A stretch of 64,000 nucleotides of DNA from Ruminococcaceae bacterium UBA6434 (GCA_002437245.1 DJOQ01000010.1:6419-70418); one strand, 5' to 3'; positions 45,910-56,470 are shown, counted from the stretch's first letter. Numbers and translations: made by a program. Notes: a model not told the origin generated them from the letters alone.

Positions 45910-47120
45910 TGAAATACGTTGTAGTTCTCTATGACGGAATGGCAGATTATCCCGTTCCTGCTCTCGGCGGCAAAACACCGATGATGGTTGCAAAAAAGCC
46001 GAACTTTGACTACCTCGCAAAGCACGGCGAAGTCGGTCTTGTAAGAACCGTTGCAGAGGGCCTGAAGCCCGGCAGCGACGTTGCCAATATGAGCGTACTC
46101 GGTTTTGACCCCAAGAAGTGCTACACGGGTCGTTCTCCTCTTGAGGCGGCAAGTATGGGCGTTGAGCTTCTCGACACGGACGTAACGCTGAGAACAAATC
46201 TCGTAACTCTTTCTGACGAGCCGAATTATGAGGACAAAACAATGGTAGACTACTGCGCCGGTGACATTTCCAGCGAAGAAGCGCACGAAATAATTAAATC
46301 GGTACAGGAAAAATTCGGAAACGACAGATTCCGTTTTTACCCCGGAGTCAGCTACCGCCACTGCCTTGTCTGGTCAAACGGTACAACCGATCTCGGAAAT
46401 ATGACCCCTCCGCATGATATTTCCGGCAGGGTTATAGGCAAATATCTCTCTTCTTCGGAAAACGCGAAAGAGCTCATAGCCATGATGAAAGAGAGCTACG
46501 ACTTTTTAATGCAACACCCCGTCAACAAAAAGAGAATAAGCGAGGGCAAGCACCCCGCAAACTCCATATGGCTTTGGGGCGAGGGCAAAAAGCCCGCTCT
46601 GCCGTCATTTTATGAGACATTCGGCAAAAAGGGAGCTATAATTTCCGCAGTTGACCTCCTTAAAGGAATCGCAAAATGCGCCGGTATGGCTGCCCCCGAG
46701 GTTGAGGGCGCCACGGGCTACATAGATACAAACTTTGAGGGCAAAGCAAAAGCTGCCGTCGAGGAACTGAAAAACGGCTGCGACCTCGTGTATATTCATT
46801 TTGAGGCTCCCGACGAGTGCGGTCACAGAAACGAACCCGAAAACAAAGTCAAATCGATTGAGATGATAGATTCGCGTGTGCTTCCCATAGTTCTTGACGC
46901 GCTCAAAGAGTACGACGATTACAAAATAATGATACTTCCCGATCATCCCACGCCTATTGTTACGGGCACACACGCCTCCGACCCCGTGCCGTTTATGATT
47001 TATCATAAAAACGACGAAAAGGACAGCGGCGTTGATTCCATAAACGAAGAGAGCGCAAAAACGACCGGTGTGTTTATAGAACACGGCCCCGATATTATGA
47101 AGAGATTTTTGGAGGATTGA
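45909..47120 (+). CDS. Cofactor-independent phosphoglycerate mutase family protein (ApgM-like; the clade proposed or shown to act as homoserine kinase)
   Basis: MKYVVVLYDGMADYP...GKTP...; metalloenzyme-superfamily motifs HFEAPDECGH and LPDHPTP; ~400 aa. Confidence 0.85.
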   Translation: MKYVVVLYDGMADYPVPALGGKTPMMVAKKPNFDYLAKHGEVGLVRTVAEGLKPGSDVANMSVLGFDPKKCYTGRSPLEAASMGVELLDTDVTLRTNLVTLSDEPNYEDKTMVDYCAGDISSEEAHEIIKSVQEKFGNDRFRFYPGVSYRHCLVWSNGTTDLGNMTPPHDISGRVIGKYLSSSENAKELIAMMKESYDFLMQHPVNKKRISEGKHPANSIWLWGEGKKPALPSFYETFGKKGAIISAVDLLKGIAKCAGMAAPEVEGATGYIDTNFEGKAKAAVEELKNGCDLVYIHFEAPDECGHRNEPENKVKSIEMIDSRVLPIVLDALKEYDDYKIMILPDHPTPIVTGTHASDPVPFMIYHKNDEKDSGVDSINEESAKTTGVFIEHGPDIMKRFLED

Positions 47121-48406
47121 AAATGGGATACAATCCCGATTCCGCGATAGAGACAAAATGCGTACAGGCAGGCTGGCAGCCGAAAAACGGCGAGCCGCGG
47201 GTTCTGCCCATTTACGAATCCACAACATATAAATATGATACAAGCGCCGAAATGGCAAAGCTTTTCGACCTGGGGCCCGGATATATGTATACACGCCTTG
47301 CAAACCCGACAAACGACGCGGTCGCAAGCAAAATCGCGTGCCTTGAGGGCGGCGTCGGCGCGGTGCTGACTTCGTCGGGTCAGGCGGCAAACTTCTTTGC
47401 GCTTATAAACATACTCGGCGCAGGCGATCATATAGTCAGCTCAGCCACAATATACGGCGGCACATTCAATCTTTTAAATGTTACCATGCGTAAAATAGGC
47501 GTTGACGTTACGTTTGTTGACCCGAGAGCGAGCGAAGAGGAGATAGGCACCGCTTTCCGCGACAACACAAAGGCGATGTTCGGCGAAACAATAGCTAATC
47601 CATCGCTCGACGTACTCGACATCGAAAAGTTCGCAAAAGCAGCGCACTCACACGGAGTTCCGCTTATAGTTGACAACACCTTCCCGACTCCCATAAATTG
47701 CCGTCCGTTTGAATTCGGCGCAGACATAGTGACCCATTCAACCACAAAGTATATGGATGGTCACGCTTCTGCAATAGGCGGATGCGTTGTTGACAGCGGC
47801 AATTTCGACTGGTATCAGAACGACAAATTCCCGGGGCTTACAACTCCCGACGAGAGCTATCACGGAGTTACATACGCAAAGGATTTCGGCAAAAACGGAT
47901 ACACAGTAAAAATAGTGGCTCAGCTTTTGCGCGACTACGGTTCAACTCCGTCGCCGTTTAATTCGTTCCTCTTGAATATAGGGCTTGAGTCGCTCGCAGT
48001 ACGTGTGGAACGCCACTGCGAAAACGCGCAGAAAGTTGCCGAATATCTCGAAAAGAACGATAAAATCGCTTGGGTAAATTACCCCGGGCTCAAATCAAGC
48101 AAAGATTACGAGCTTGCCAAAAAATATTTACCTCACGGCATCTGCGGCGTAATTTCCTTCGGCGTAAAAGGCGGCAGAGAAAAAGCCGAACAGTTTATGA
48201 ACTCATTAAAGCTTGCCGCCATAGTCACACACGTTGCCGATGCGAGGACCTGCGTTCTTCACCCTGCCAGCTCCACTCACCGCCAGCTTTCGGACGAAGA
48301 GCTCATTGAATGCGGCGTAACCCCCGACCTCGTAAGGCTTTCCGTCGGCATTGAAAATGTAAACGATATAATCGCCGACATAGACAACGCTCTTAAAGCC
48401 ATATAA
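47117..48406 (+). CDS. metY: O-acetylhomoserine aminocarboxypropyltransferase/sulfhydrylase
   Basis: Cys/Met-metabolism PLP enzyme with HSTTKYMDGH (PLP Lys), ~430 aa. ATGA overlap with the upstream gene. Confidence 0.92.
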   Translation: MKMGYNPDSAIETKCVQAGWQPKNGEPRVLPIYESTTYKYDTSAEMAKLFDLGPGYMYTRLANPTNDAVASKIACLEGGVGAVLTSSGQAANFFALINILGAGDHIVSSATIYGGTFNLLNVTMRKIGVDVTFVDPRASEEEIGTAFRDNTKAMFGETIANPSLDVLDIEKFAKAAHSHGVPLIVDNTFPTPINCRPFEFGADIVTHSTTKYMDGHASAIGGCVVDSGNFDWYQNDKFPGLTTPDESYHGVTYAKDFGKNGYTVKIVAQLLRDYGSTPSPFNSFLLNIGLESLAVRVERHCENAQKVAEYLEKNDKIAWVNYPGLKSSKDYELAKKYLPHGICGVISFGVKGGREKAEQFMNSLKLAAIVTHVADARTCVLHPASSTHRQLSDEELIECGVTPDLVRLSVGIENVNDIIADIDNALKAI

Positions 48407-48419
48407 CGCATACCGACAC

Positions 48420-48470
48420 ATAAGAAACAGCCGTCCGAATCAGGATTTCGGACGGCTGTTTCTTATTTAT
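48420..48470. terminator. Bidirectional terminator
   Basis: Perfect 20-bp stem ATAAGAAACAGCCGTCCGAA / TTCGGACGGCTGTTTCTTAT between convergent genes. Confidence 0.75.
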
Positions 48471-48505
48471 AAATCGCCTGTTTTAAACAGTGATTTCATT
48501 CTGTT

Positions 48506-49027
48506 TTATTTGATATAGTAAACGCGGTTTTCGGCTATGATGTGCTCTTTCGGCTCTTCGTCGGCATAGCCTAAGGCACAATGCCCTATTCCCTCATACT
48601 CACCGTTTATGCCGAGCTTTTTAAGAATCGCTTTGCCTTTTTCGGATTCGAATTCCTCCTTTGCGCGGTGAATCCAGCACGAGCCGAGCCCGAAATTATG
48701 CGCGGCAAGCATAAGATTTCCCATTGTAAGCGAGCCGTCGTAAACAGCCGTGCGGCACTCCTTATTTGCCAACACGATAAGTATTGCGGGCGCACCGTAA
48801 AACGGGTCAAAGCCCTCCTGCCAGCCGCCGATTTCACGGTTCATTTCGGATATTTCGTCGCGCATTTTCCTGTCGGTAACGGCAATAATTATCGGCGACT
48901 GCTTATTCATACCCGACGGTGCGTAAAGCCCCGCCTCGATAATCTTATCTATAAACTCCTGCGGTACTGCGTCGGGCTTAAACTTTCTTATACTTCTTCT
49001 CGTTTTCATATTTTCGACAGCATCCAT
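48506..49027 (-). CDS. Nitroreductase family protein
   Basis: MKTRRSIRKFK...APSGMNKQ... signature; 173 aa. Confidence 0.85.
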   Translation of the reverse strand: MDAVENMKTRRSIRKFKPDAVPQEFIDKIIEAGLYAPSGMNKQSPIIIAVTDRKMRDEISEMNREIGGWQEGFDPFYGAPAILIVLANKECRTAVYDGSLTMGNLMLAAHNFGLGSCWIHRAKEEFESEKGKAILKKLGINGEYEGIGHCALGYADEEPKEHIIAENRVYYIK

Positions 49028-49153
49028 AATTTTATCCTTTCCGACAATTCAGGTCTTTTTAATTTAAGTATCTTTCGGGCACTAAAAGCCGTGCCCACAT
49101 CATCAATATACCATATTTGTCAAGCGCCGACCGTGCAAAAAACAAAATACATC

Positions 49154-50506
49154 TTATTTTTGCTTTGTAAGCAGCGCTACGCTCTCCACATGGACGGTGC
49201 GCGGAAAAAGATCGGCGGCGGCAAGCCGTTTTGTCTCATATCCGAGATCTTTAAGCCTAAAGCAGTCCCTTGCGAGAGTAGACGGGTCGCACGACACATA
49301 AACTATGCGTTCGGGTGCCATTTTTACGATTTCCGCCAAAAGTGTTTCGGAACAGCCTTTGCGCGGCGGATCAAGAAGCACCACATCGGGCTTTATTCCG
49401 CGCAATGACAGCTCCCGTGCCGCTTCCCCGGCATCCGCACATATAAATTCGGCGTTTTCTATGCCGTTTTCGAGGGCGTTGCGCTTTGCGTCAAGCACAG
49501 CCTCAGGAACTATCTCCGCTCCTATTATCCTCTTTGCTTTTTTTGCCATGGAAAGACCTATTGTGCCCGTTCCGCAATACATATCGAGCACGGTTTCTTT
49601 TCCGCTGAGACAGGCATACTCTGCCGCCTTTTTATAAAGTTGCTGTGCCATATCGTGATTTACCTGGTAGAATGACAGCGGCGACAATCTGACCTTAACA
49701 CCGCACAGCACATCGTATATGCAGTCGTTCCCCCAAACAGTCACGCACTCTTTGCCGAGAATTACATTGGTTCTGTCACGGTTGATATTTAAAACTATGC
49801 TCTTAACCGAGGGTATTTCGGTAAGATTTTTTATCAGCTCTTCCTTATGCGGCAAATCGCTGCCGTTTATAACGGCGCACACCATAACCTCGCCCGTAGC
49901 TTCGGCAAGGCGGAGATATATATGCCTCAAAAGCCCCGTGTGCTTTTCGGAATCGTATACCGTTATGCCGTTTTTAATTATAAATTTTCTGAAAATTTTA
50001 ACTATATCAGCAAATATCGGCGGCTGTAATATACAGTTTTCGCAATCTACCACGCGGTGCGAGCGCGGAGCGAAAAAGCCTATTTTAAGCTGCCTGTCAA
50101 ACGATACCGGATACTGCGCCTTGTTGCGGTAACAGGACGTTTTATCGTCCGACAAAAGCGTTTCCGCCTTTATGTCCATATGCGCGAGATGCAAAAACGC
50201 ATCTTCGACGCGTTTTTTCTTGTGCTCTTTTTCCTTTTCGTACGATATATGCTGAAAAGCGCAACCGCCGCACGACGGAAAATACGGGCACGCAGGCATT
50301 ATACGCGATTTTGCCGGTTTTAATACCTTTTCGAGTTTGGCTGCGGCATAGGTCTTTTTTACTTTGATTATATGTGCCGTGACTTTATCGCCCGCCGCGG
50401 CACCCGAGACAAAAACAGCCATATTTTCATATCTGCCGACGCCGCTGCCCTCGCTCGTAAAGCTGTCTATATAGAGTTCTATATTCTGATTTTTACTGAG
50501 TGACAT
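49154..50506 (-). CDS. rlmD: 23S rRNA (uracil-C5)-methyltransferase RlmD/RumA family
   Basis: N-terminal TRAM domain, Fe-S Cys cluster CPYFPSCGGCAFQH, SAM motif VLDMYCGTGTIG, catalytic YVSCDP. Confidence 0.9.
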   Translation of the reverse strand: MSLSKNQNIELYIDSFTSEGSGVGRYENMAVFVSGAAAGDKVTAHIIKVKKTYAAAKLEKVLKPAKSRIMPACPYFPSCGGCAFQHISYEKEKEHKKKRVEDAFLHLAHMDIKAETLLSDDKTSCYRNKAQYPVSFDRQLKIGFFAPRSHRVVDCENCILQPPIFADIVKIFRKFIIKNGITVYDSEKHTGLLRHIYLRLAEATGEVMVCAVINGSDLPHKEELIKNLTEIPSVKSIVLNINRDRTNVILGKECVTVWGNDCIYDVLCGVKVRLSPLSFYQVNHDMAQQLYKKAAEYACLSGKETVLDMYCGTGTIGLSMAKKAKRIIGAEIVPEAVLDAKRNALENGIENAEFICADAGEAARELSLRGIKPDVVLLDPPRKGCSETLLAEIVKMAPERIVYVSCDPSTLARDCFRLKDLGYETKRLAAADLFPRTVHVESVALLTKQK

Positions 50507-50685
50507 CACTTTTTCTCCGAATCGTTTTTATGTTTTTTTACAGCCTTTTTAAGGCACAGGCAAAACAGCAGTAAGAGCACCGCGGCTATTACCGCCACCA
50601 TTGCAAATTCAAGCCTTTGCTGAGGCTCGTCAAAAACATATTCGCCGCCGAAAAGATTTACGGCGTCCCAAAATGTAAGCTTCAT
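50506..50685 (-). CDS. Possible 59-aa single-TM small protein (below the ORF-track cutoff)
   Basis: Hand translation: MKLTFWDAVNLFGGEYVFDEPQQRLEFAMVAVIAAVLLLLFCLCLKKAVKKHKNDSEKK. Its stop overlaps the rlmD ATG (TGATG). The RBS is weak. Confidence 0.35.
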   Translation of the reverse strand: MKLTFWDAVNLFGGEYVFDEPQQRLEFAMVAVIAAVLLLLFCLCLKKAVKKHKNDSEKK

Positions 50686-50976
50686 TGTTTATAAGCACCG
50701 TTTCTTTGTTTCTTTCAGACATTGTAACACAATAAAAAGTAAATATAAAGCGTATTATATCGAAAACGGACATATTCAAACAAATGTTTTATTATTTTCA
50801 ACAAAAAATCGCCATATACAAAAAAAGAGCAAAAAATAACTTTTAATTTACGCCGCTCGGTGGTATAATAACCGTAATGTATGTCTTGAGGTGCGGCGAA
50901 GTGCGCCCGTTTTTGCCTTGAGACTTTGAATTTGACTTTTTTCTTTACATAAAAACTTTAGGGAGTGAGCCGTCCT

Positions 50977-52272
50977 TTGGATAAATTTGTTATTACCGGC
51001 GGTCATAGGCTTAAGGGTGAGGTTACTGTCAGCGGTGCCAAAAACGCTGTTGTCGCCATCCTTCCGGCTACAATTTTAGCCGAAGATATATGCCGCATAG
51101 AAAATATACCGAATATCAGCGACGTTACCGCAATGCTCAACATTTTGGGCAGTATGGGCGCGTCGATTAAATTTATAAACAGTTCCACTATCGAAATAGA
51201 CACACGTCACATAAATTCTTTTGTGGTCGAGCACGAGCTTACAAAACAGCTTCGCGCGTCATACTACCTCATAGGTGCGCTTCTCGGCAGATTTAACAAA
51301 GCCAAGGTCGCAATGCCCGGCGGATGTTATCTCGGTGTTCGCCCCATAGACCAGCACATCAAGGGGTTTGAAGCGCTCGGTGCCGAAGTGACTATGGAAG
51401 AAAACGCAATGGTTAACGCAAAAGCCGAGTCCCTTTTGGGCAATGCGGTTTACCTCGACGTTGTTTCGGTAGGAGCTACCATCAATGTAATGCTGGCAGC
51501 CGTAAAGGCTAAGGGTCTTACCATAATCGAAAACGCAGCCAAAGAGCCGCACATAGTAGACCTCGCGAACTTCCTCAACACCATGGGTGCCGACGTCAGG
51601 GGTGCAGGTACCGATGTTATCAAAATTCGCGGCGTAGAGCATCTGCATGGCTGTGAATATTCCATAATCCCCGACCAGATTGAGGCGGGAACCTATATGG
51701 TGGCGGCAGCCGCCACAAGGGGCGACGTACTCGTTAAAAATGTTATTCCGAAGCATCTTGAAAGTATTTCGGCAAAGCTTATAGAGTGCGGCGCAACCGT
51801 TACCGAGTATGACGATTCCGTCCGCGTCTCATGTGACCGCAGACCCGGAAAGTGCAATATAAAAACCATGCCGCATCCCGGCTTTCCCACCGATATGCAG
51901 CCGCAGTTCGCCGTGCTTTTATGCTTGGCAGACGGCACAAGCATTATTTCGGAAAGCGTTTGGGACAACCGCTTCCGTTATGCCGAGCAGCTCACAAGAA
52001 TGGGCGCTCAGATACACGTTGACGGCAAAACCGCTATTATTGAGGGTGTCCCCTCGCTCAAGGGCGCGCCGATAAGGGCGGACGACCTTCGCGCGGGCGC
52101 GGCTATGATGATAGCAGGTATGGTCGCTACGGGCGTTACCGAGATTGAAGAAATTTATCACATAGAGCGCGGATATGAAAATGTTGTTGAAAAATTCCGC
52201 TCGCTCGGCGCTGTTATTGAGAGAAAGACCTTCCCGGACGAAGATAAAAAATCTCATAAAAACGCCGGTTGA
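50977..52272 (+). CDS. murA: UDP-N-acetylglucosamine 1-carboxyvinyltransferase
   Basis: (M)DKFVITGGHRLKGEVTVSGAKNA... With the TTG at 50977 the N-terminus matches the usual MurA start. The ORF-track GTG at 50965 overlaps the RBS AGGGAG. Confidence 0.95.
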   Translation: MDKFVITGGHRLKGEVTVSGAKNAVVAILPATILAEDICRIENIPNISDVTAMLNILGSMGASIKFINSSTIEIDTRHINSFVVEHELTKQLRASYYLIGALLGRFNKAKVAMPGGCYLGVRPIDQHIKGFEALGAEVTMEENAMVNAKAESLLGNAVYLDVVSVGATINVMLAAVKAKGLTIIENAAKEPHIVDLANFLNTMGADVRGAGTDVIKIRGVEHLHGCEYSIIPDQIEAGTYMVAAAATRGDVLVKNVIPKHLESISAKLIECGATVTEYDDSVRVSCDRRPGKCNIKTMPHPGFPTDMQPQFAVLLCLADGTSIISESVWDNRFRYAEQLTRMGAQIHVDGKTAIIEGVPSLKGAPIRADDLRAGAAMMIAGMVATGVTEIEEIYHIERGYENVVEKFRSLGAVIERKTFPDEDKKSHKNAG

Positions 52273-52333
52273 TGTTTTACGAATATTAAGCCGCCGAGAG
52301 CGGCTTTTTGCTTTTATACAGGGGTGTAACGAT

Positions 52334-54007
52334 ATGACAGACAATCAAAAACTCGCGGAGCTTTTGTTCCCCGACATTACAAAAACGCCGGAGGACTACG
52401 AAAAGCTCTATCCGGAAAGAAATTTAAAAGAGGGTGCGCGCGTCACGCGATTTGCACCGAGCCCCACGGGCTACCTTCACCTCGGCGGCTTTTTCGGCGC
52501 GCTGACGGACTATCTGACGGCTAAGGCCTCGGGCGGAATAGTGTACCTCAGGATTGAGGACACCGACAAAAAAAGAGAGATTGCCGACGGGGTTTCCGCC
52601 ATCATAAACGGCTTTAAGTCATTCGGCATTACATTTGACGAGGGCGTTACCGGCATTGACAGCGAGAAGGGCAACTACGGTCCTTACACGCAGAGCAAGC
52701 GCGAAGAGATTTACAAAACCGTAGCAAAAAGCCTTGTTTTAAAAGGGCTTGCATACCCTTGCTTCTGCACGGCAGACGAGCTTTCGGCTCTTCGCGACAG
52801 GCAGGAAAAGGACGGCGCTCTTATAAGAGGTTATTTCGGCAAATATGCAAAGTGCCGCAATTTAAGCTACGAAGAAATCGAAAAGAACATAAAAGACGGC
52901 AAGCCGTATGTGCTTCGTTTCCGCTCAAACGGCGACGAAAACAAGAGGATTGTCTTTGACGATATGATACGCGGCAAAATCGAAATGCCCGAAAACATTA
53001 TAGATGAGGTGCTTTTAAAAAGCGACGGCATACCCACATATCACTTTGCCCATGTATGTGACGACCACTTTATGCGTACAACTCACGTTATAAGAGGCGA
53101 AGAGTGGATTTCCTCCGTACCCAAGCACATAGCTCTGTTTAAGGCGTGCGGTTTTAAGGTTCCGAAATACGCGCACACTCCGCAGGTTATGAAAACGGAC
53201 GAAGCAGACGGCACAAAGCGCAAACTCTCAAAGCGCAAGGACCCCGAGGCGTCCGTAAGCTATTTCGCACAGAGCGGTTACCCGAAGGAAGCGCTCACCG
53301 AATACATTATGACGCTTTTAAATTCAAATTTTGAGGACTGGCGCAGGGCAAACAAGACGGCGGATATATTTTCTTTCCCGTTTAACCTTAAAAAAATGAG
53401 CGTCAGCGGTTGCCTTTTTGACCTCGCAAAGTTAAACGATATAAGTAAGAACGTAATTTCGGTCATGACTGCCGACGAGGTGTATGAGAGAACTCTCGAA
53501 TGGGCAAAGGAATACGACAGCGAATACTGTACGGTTCTTTCGGAAAACGAAAACAAAGCAAAGCTTATGATGAACCTTGACCGCGGAGGTAAAAAGCCGC
53601 GCAAGGATATAGCAAAATGGAGCGAAGTTAAGGATTACTTCTCATACTTCTATCCGATGTATTATAAAAAGGACTATACCCTGCCGCAAAACATCGCTCC
53701 CGCGGACGCCGAAAAAATACTCACCGAGTATTTAAAGGTTTACAGCGAGGAGGACGAAAAGGACGTCTGGTTCCAAAAGATAAAGGACCTTTGCGAGCCT
53801 CTCGGATTTACTCCGAACGTCAAGGAATATAAGCAAAATCCCGAAAAATACAAGGGTCATGTCGGCGATGTTTCAACGGTCATCAGAATTGCCGTAACGT
53901 CAAGGACAAATACGCCCGACCTTTGCTCGATTATGAAAATACTCGGCAAAGACGAAACCGTTAGCCGCATAGCGGACGCAATAAATTACTACAAGGAGGT
54001 AAAATGA
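52334..54007 (+). CDS. gltX: Glutamate--tRNA ligase (long form)
   Basis: [14 protein letters not shown] (HIGH) and KLSKRK (KMSKS). The ATG at 52334 removes an implausible overlap with murA. Confidence 0.95.
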   Translation: MTDNQKLAELLFPDITKTPEDYEKLYPERNLKEGARVTRFAPSPTGYLHLGGFFGALTDYLTAKASGGIVYLRIEDTDKKREIADGVSAIINGFKSFGITFDEGVTGIDSEKGNYGPYTQSKREEIYKTVAKSLVLKGLAYPCFCTADELSALRDRQEKDGALIRGYFGKYAKCRNLSYEEIEKNIKDGKPYVLRFRSNGDENKRIVFDDMIRGKIEMPENIIDEVLLKSDGIPTYHFAHVCDDHFMRTTHVIRGEEWISSVPKHIALFKACGFKVPKYAHTPQVMKTDEADGTKRKLSKRKDPEASVSYFAQSGYPKEALTEYIMTLLNSNFEDWRRANKTADIFSFPFNLKKMSVSGCLFDLAKLNDISKNVISVMTADEVYERTLEWAKEYDSEYCTVLSENENKAKLMMNLDRGGKKPRKDIAKWSEVKDYFSYFYPMYYKKDYTLPQNIAPADAEKILTEYLKVYSEEDEKDVWFQKIKDLCEPLGFTPNVKEYKQNPEKYKGHVGDVSTVIRIAVTSRTNTPDLCSIMKILGKDETVSRIADAINYYKEVK

Positions 54008-55665
54008 TGGACGAAGAAATAATGTCGTCAAATTTCATTCACGACTTTATAGACGAAGACTTAAAAGAAGGGGTTTACGACCACGTCCAGACCCGTTTTC
54101 CTCCGGAGCCCAACGGTTACCTGCATATAGGCCACGCAAAGGCAATTTGCATAAACTTCGGCACGGCGCAGAAATACGGCGGCGTATGCAATTTGCGTCT
54201 CGATGACACAAACCCACAGAAAGAGGACACCGAATACGTTGACGCCATAAAAGAGGATATAGAGTGGCTCGGGTTCAAATGGAACAAGTGCCTTTATGCA
54301 TCGAGCTATTTTGATTTTATCTATGAATGTGCTGTAAAGCTTATAGAGGACGGCAAAGCGTATGTTGACGATCTCTCGGCAGATGAAATAAGGGAGTACC
54401 GCGGAACGCTTACCGAGCCCGGCAAAAACAGCCCTTACCGCGACAGAACAAAAGAGGAAAACCTCGACCTCTTTAAGCGTATGACAAACGGCGAATTCCC
54501 GAACGGCGCAAGAGTTCTGCGTGCAAAAATCGATATGGCGTCGCCCAATATAAATATGCGCGACCCCGTAATCTACCGCATTGCGCACGTCACACACCAT
54601 CAGACCGGCGACAAGTGGTGCGTATATCCCATGTACGATTTTGCACACCCCCTCTCCGACTACAAAGAGGGCGTCACACACTCGCTGTGTTCCCTCGAAT
54701 TTGAAAACCACAGACCCCTTTACGATTGGTTCCTTCGCGAGCTCGGCTTTAAAAATGTGCCGAGACAGATAGAATTCGCAAGGCTCAACTTAAATTACTG
54801 CCTTACAAGCAAACGCAAATGTCTCGCACTTGTAAACGAGCACATAGTTGACGGCTGGGACGACCCGAGAATGGCTACAATAAGCGGTATGAGGCGCCGC
54901 GGCTATCCGGCAAAGGCAATACGCACCTTCTGCGAAAAAATCGGCGTTTCCAAGGCTTACTCGGTGGTCAGCATGGATCTTCTCGAATCCTGCGTCCGTG
55001 ACGAGCTTAACGAAAACGCTCCGAGGGCAATGGCTGTTCTTGACCCGCTCAAGGTAATTATCGACAATTACCCCGATGGCAAGACCGAGGAAATTGAGGT
55101 GGAGGTTCACCCCAACCACCCCGAAATGGGCACAAGAAAGGTTCTTTTCGGGAGAGAGCTGTTCGTTGAGCGCGAGGACTTTATGGCAGAGCCGGTTAAA
55201 AAATATTTCAGACTCTTCCCCGGCAACGAGGTAAGGCTCAAGAGCGCCTACTTCGTAAAATGCGTCGGCTTTGACTGCGACGAAAACGGCGAAGTAACCG
55301 CGGTTCACTGCACCTACGACCCGGAGAGCCGCGGCGGAAATTCCCCCGACGGCAGAAAAGTAAAGGGGACAATACATTGGGTATCGGCAAGCGGCAGCTT
55401 TAATGCCACCGTAAATATGTACGACAGGCTCTTTAACGTGCCGAACCCGTCCGACGAAACCTCCGGCAGCTTTAAGGACAACTTAAACCCCGACTCTTTA
55501 AAGGTTTTGACGGGGTGCCTTATAGAGAGCGGCTTAAAGGACGTAAAACCGGGCGACGTTTTCCAGTTTATGCGTAAGGGCTACTTCTGTGTTGACAAAA
55601 ATTCAACTTGTGATAATATTATATTCAACCTGACTGTTCCGCTCAATTCCTCGTGGGGCAAATAA
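54004..55665 (+). CDS. glnS: Glutamine--tRNA ligase
   Basis: [23 protein letters not shown] and a C-terminal anticodon-binding beta-barrel region. ATGA overlap with gltX. Confidence 0.95.
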   Translation: MMDEEIMSSNFIHDFIDEDLKEGVYDHVQTRFPPEPNGYLHIGHAKAICINFGTAQKYGGVCNLRLDDTNPQKEDTEYVDAIKEDIEWLGFKWNKCLYASSYFDFIYECAVKLIEDGKAYVDDLSADEIREYRGTLTEPGKNSPYRDRTKEENLDLFKRMTNGEFPNGARVLRAKIDMASPNINMRDPVIYRIAHVTHHQTGDKWCVYPMYDFAHPLSDYKEGVTHSLCSLEFENHRPLYDWFLRELGFKNVPRQIEFARLNLNYCLTSKRKCLALVNEHIVDGWDDPRMATISGMRRRGYPAKAIRTFCEKIGVSKAYSVVSMDLLESCVRDELNENAPRAMAVLDPLKVIIDNYPDGKTEEIEVEVHPNHPEMGTRKVLFGRELFVEREDFMAEPVKKYFRLFPGNEVRLKSAYFVKCVGFDCDENGEVTAVHCTYDPESRGGNSPDGRKVKGTIHWVSASGSFNATVNMYDRLFNVPNPSDETSGSFKDNLNPDSLKVLTGCLIESGLKDVKPGDVFQFMRKGYFCVDKNSTCDNIIFNLTVPLNSSWGK

Positions 55666-55678
55666 AGGAGAGTATTAA

Positions 55679-56350
55679 ATGGCAAAAACCAAGAGTAAGA
55701 ACAAAAATCTCGGCACCGATATTCTGTATCGTATTATAATGGCGGTAATGGCGGTGTGCGTACCGATAGTCGCGTATTTCGGTAATCTTGTTTACACCGT
55801 TATCGAGTCCGATATATATAAGCTTGTCGCCCAGCTCAAGGGCGACACAAACGACGACGGCACTTCATATGATTATTGGAGCATAAAGCGTGTTGTTTCG
55901 CTCGTTCACGAGGGCAGCGGCGACAAGAGCGGTCTCTCATCAATTTGGGAGGCGCTCTCACCAGTACACGGCGCGCTGATCGGCACATTGATATTTTTTG
56001 CGATAGCTCTCGTTTTGGCTGTTGTCATATTCTTCTTTGCGCTTATAAGCAAAAAGAAATTACCGCAGCTCATAATTTCCGGAGCCGGGCTTATATCGGT
56101 AATAGGCATGCTGATTTGCTTTAAGTCGCTTGCCGCCGCAATTGTAAACGGCACAATTACATTGGCGGACTTCCTCACCGGCGTATCGGGTCTTTTCGGT
56201 TCGGCTGTGATAACGCAGATAATTCCGTACATAGCTAAATTTACCGTGGTTCAGGTAAGCTCCGGTTGGTTTATAATGCTCTTCCTTTATATAGGAATGG
56301 TTGTTTGGTCAGGCTCGTATGTGCTTATAGAGTCGGGCGAAAAGAAATAA
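55679..56350 (+). CDS. Hypothetical polytopic membrane protein
   Basis: 223 aa, ~5 TM segments, good RBS (AAAGGAGAG). No recognisable motif. Confidence 0.6.
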   Translation: MAKTKSKNKNLGTDILYRIIMAVMAVCVPIVAYFGNLVYTVIESDIYKLVAQLKGDTNDDGTSYDYWSIKRVVSLVHEGSGDKSGLSSIWEALSPVHGALIGTLIFFAIALVLAVVIFFFALISKKKLPQLIISGAGLISVIGMLICFKSLAAAIVNGTITLADFLTGVSGLFGSAVITQIIPYIAKFTVVQVSSGWFIMLFLYIGMVVWSGSYVLIESGEKK

Positions 56351-56422
56351 GATGGCGAAGATAATCCGTATGCCGAAAAGAGTCGGAGCGGCATTTTTCG
56401 CAGTTTCACTTGTAAAAATTTC

Positions 56423-56460
56423 GGGAGCGGTCGTCAAAGACGATTGCTCCTTTTTTCTTT
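56423..56460 (+). terminator. Rho-independent terminator
   Basis: GGGAGCGGTCGTC/GACGATTGCTCC stem followed by TTTTTTCTTTT. Confidence 0.55.
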
Positions 56461-56470
56461 TATATAACAA

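Noticed and set aside
46605-47390. 261-aa minus-strand ORF (and 47003..47431) across the apgM-like/metY junction.
   Set aside because: It is antisense to two well-supported genes. Its Arg/Pro-rich translation is typical of a reverse-frame artefact.
48581-49408. 275-aa plus-strand ORF bridging the nitroreductase and rlmD genes.
   Set aside because: It is antisense to both genes and crosses their intergenic region. It has no motifs and no RBS.
52175-52333. N-terminal extensions of ORF-track entries: gltX from 52175, recA from 43788, mltG from 56471, XRE from 57345, glf from 7532, dehydrogenase from 33976, nrnA from 63382, cysS from 39108.
   Set aside because: The extensions overlap upstream genes or lack an RBS. 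The internal ATG, TTG or GTG starts have good Shine-Dalgarno spacing and give N-termini that match the families.
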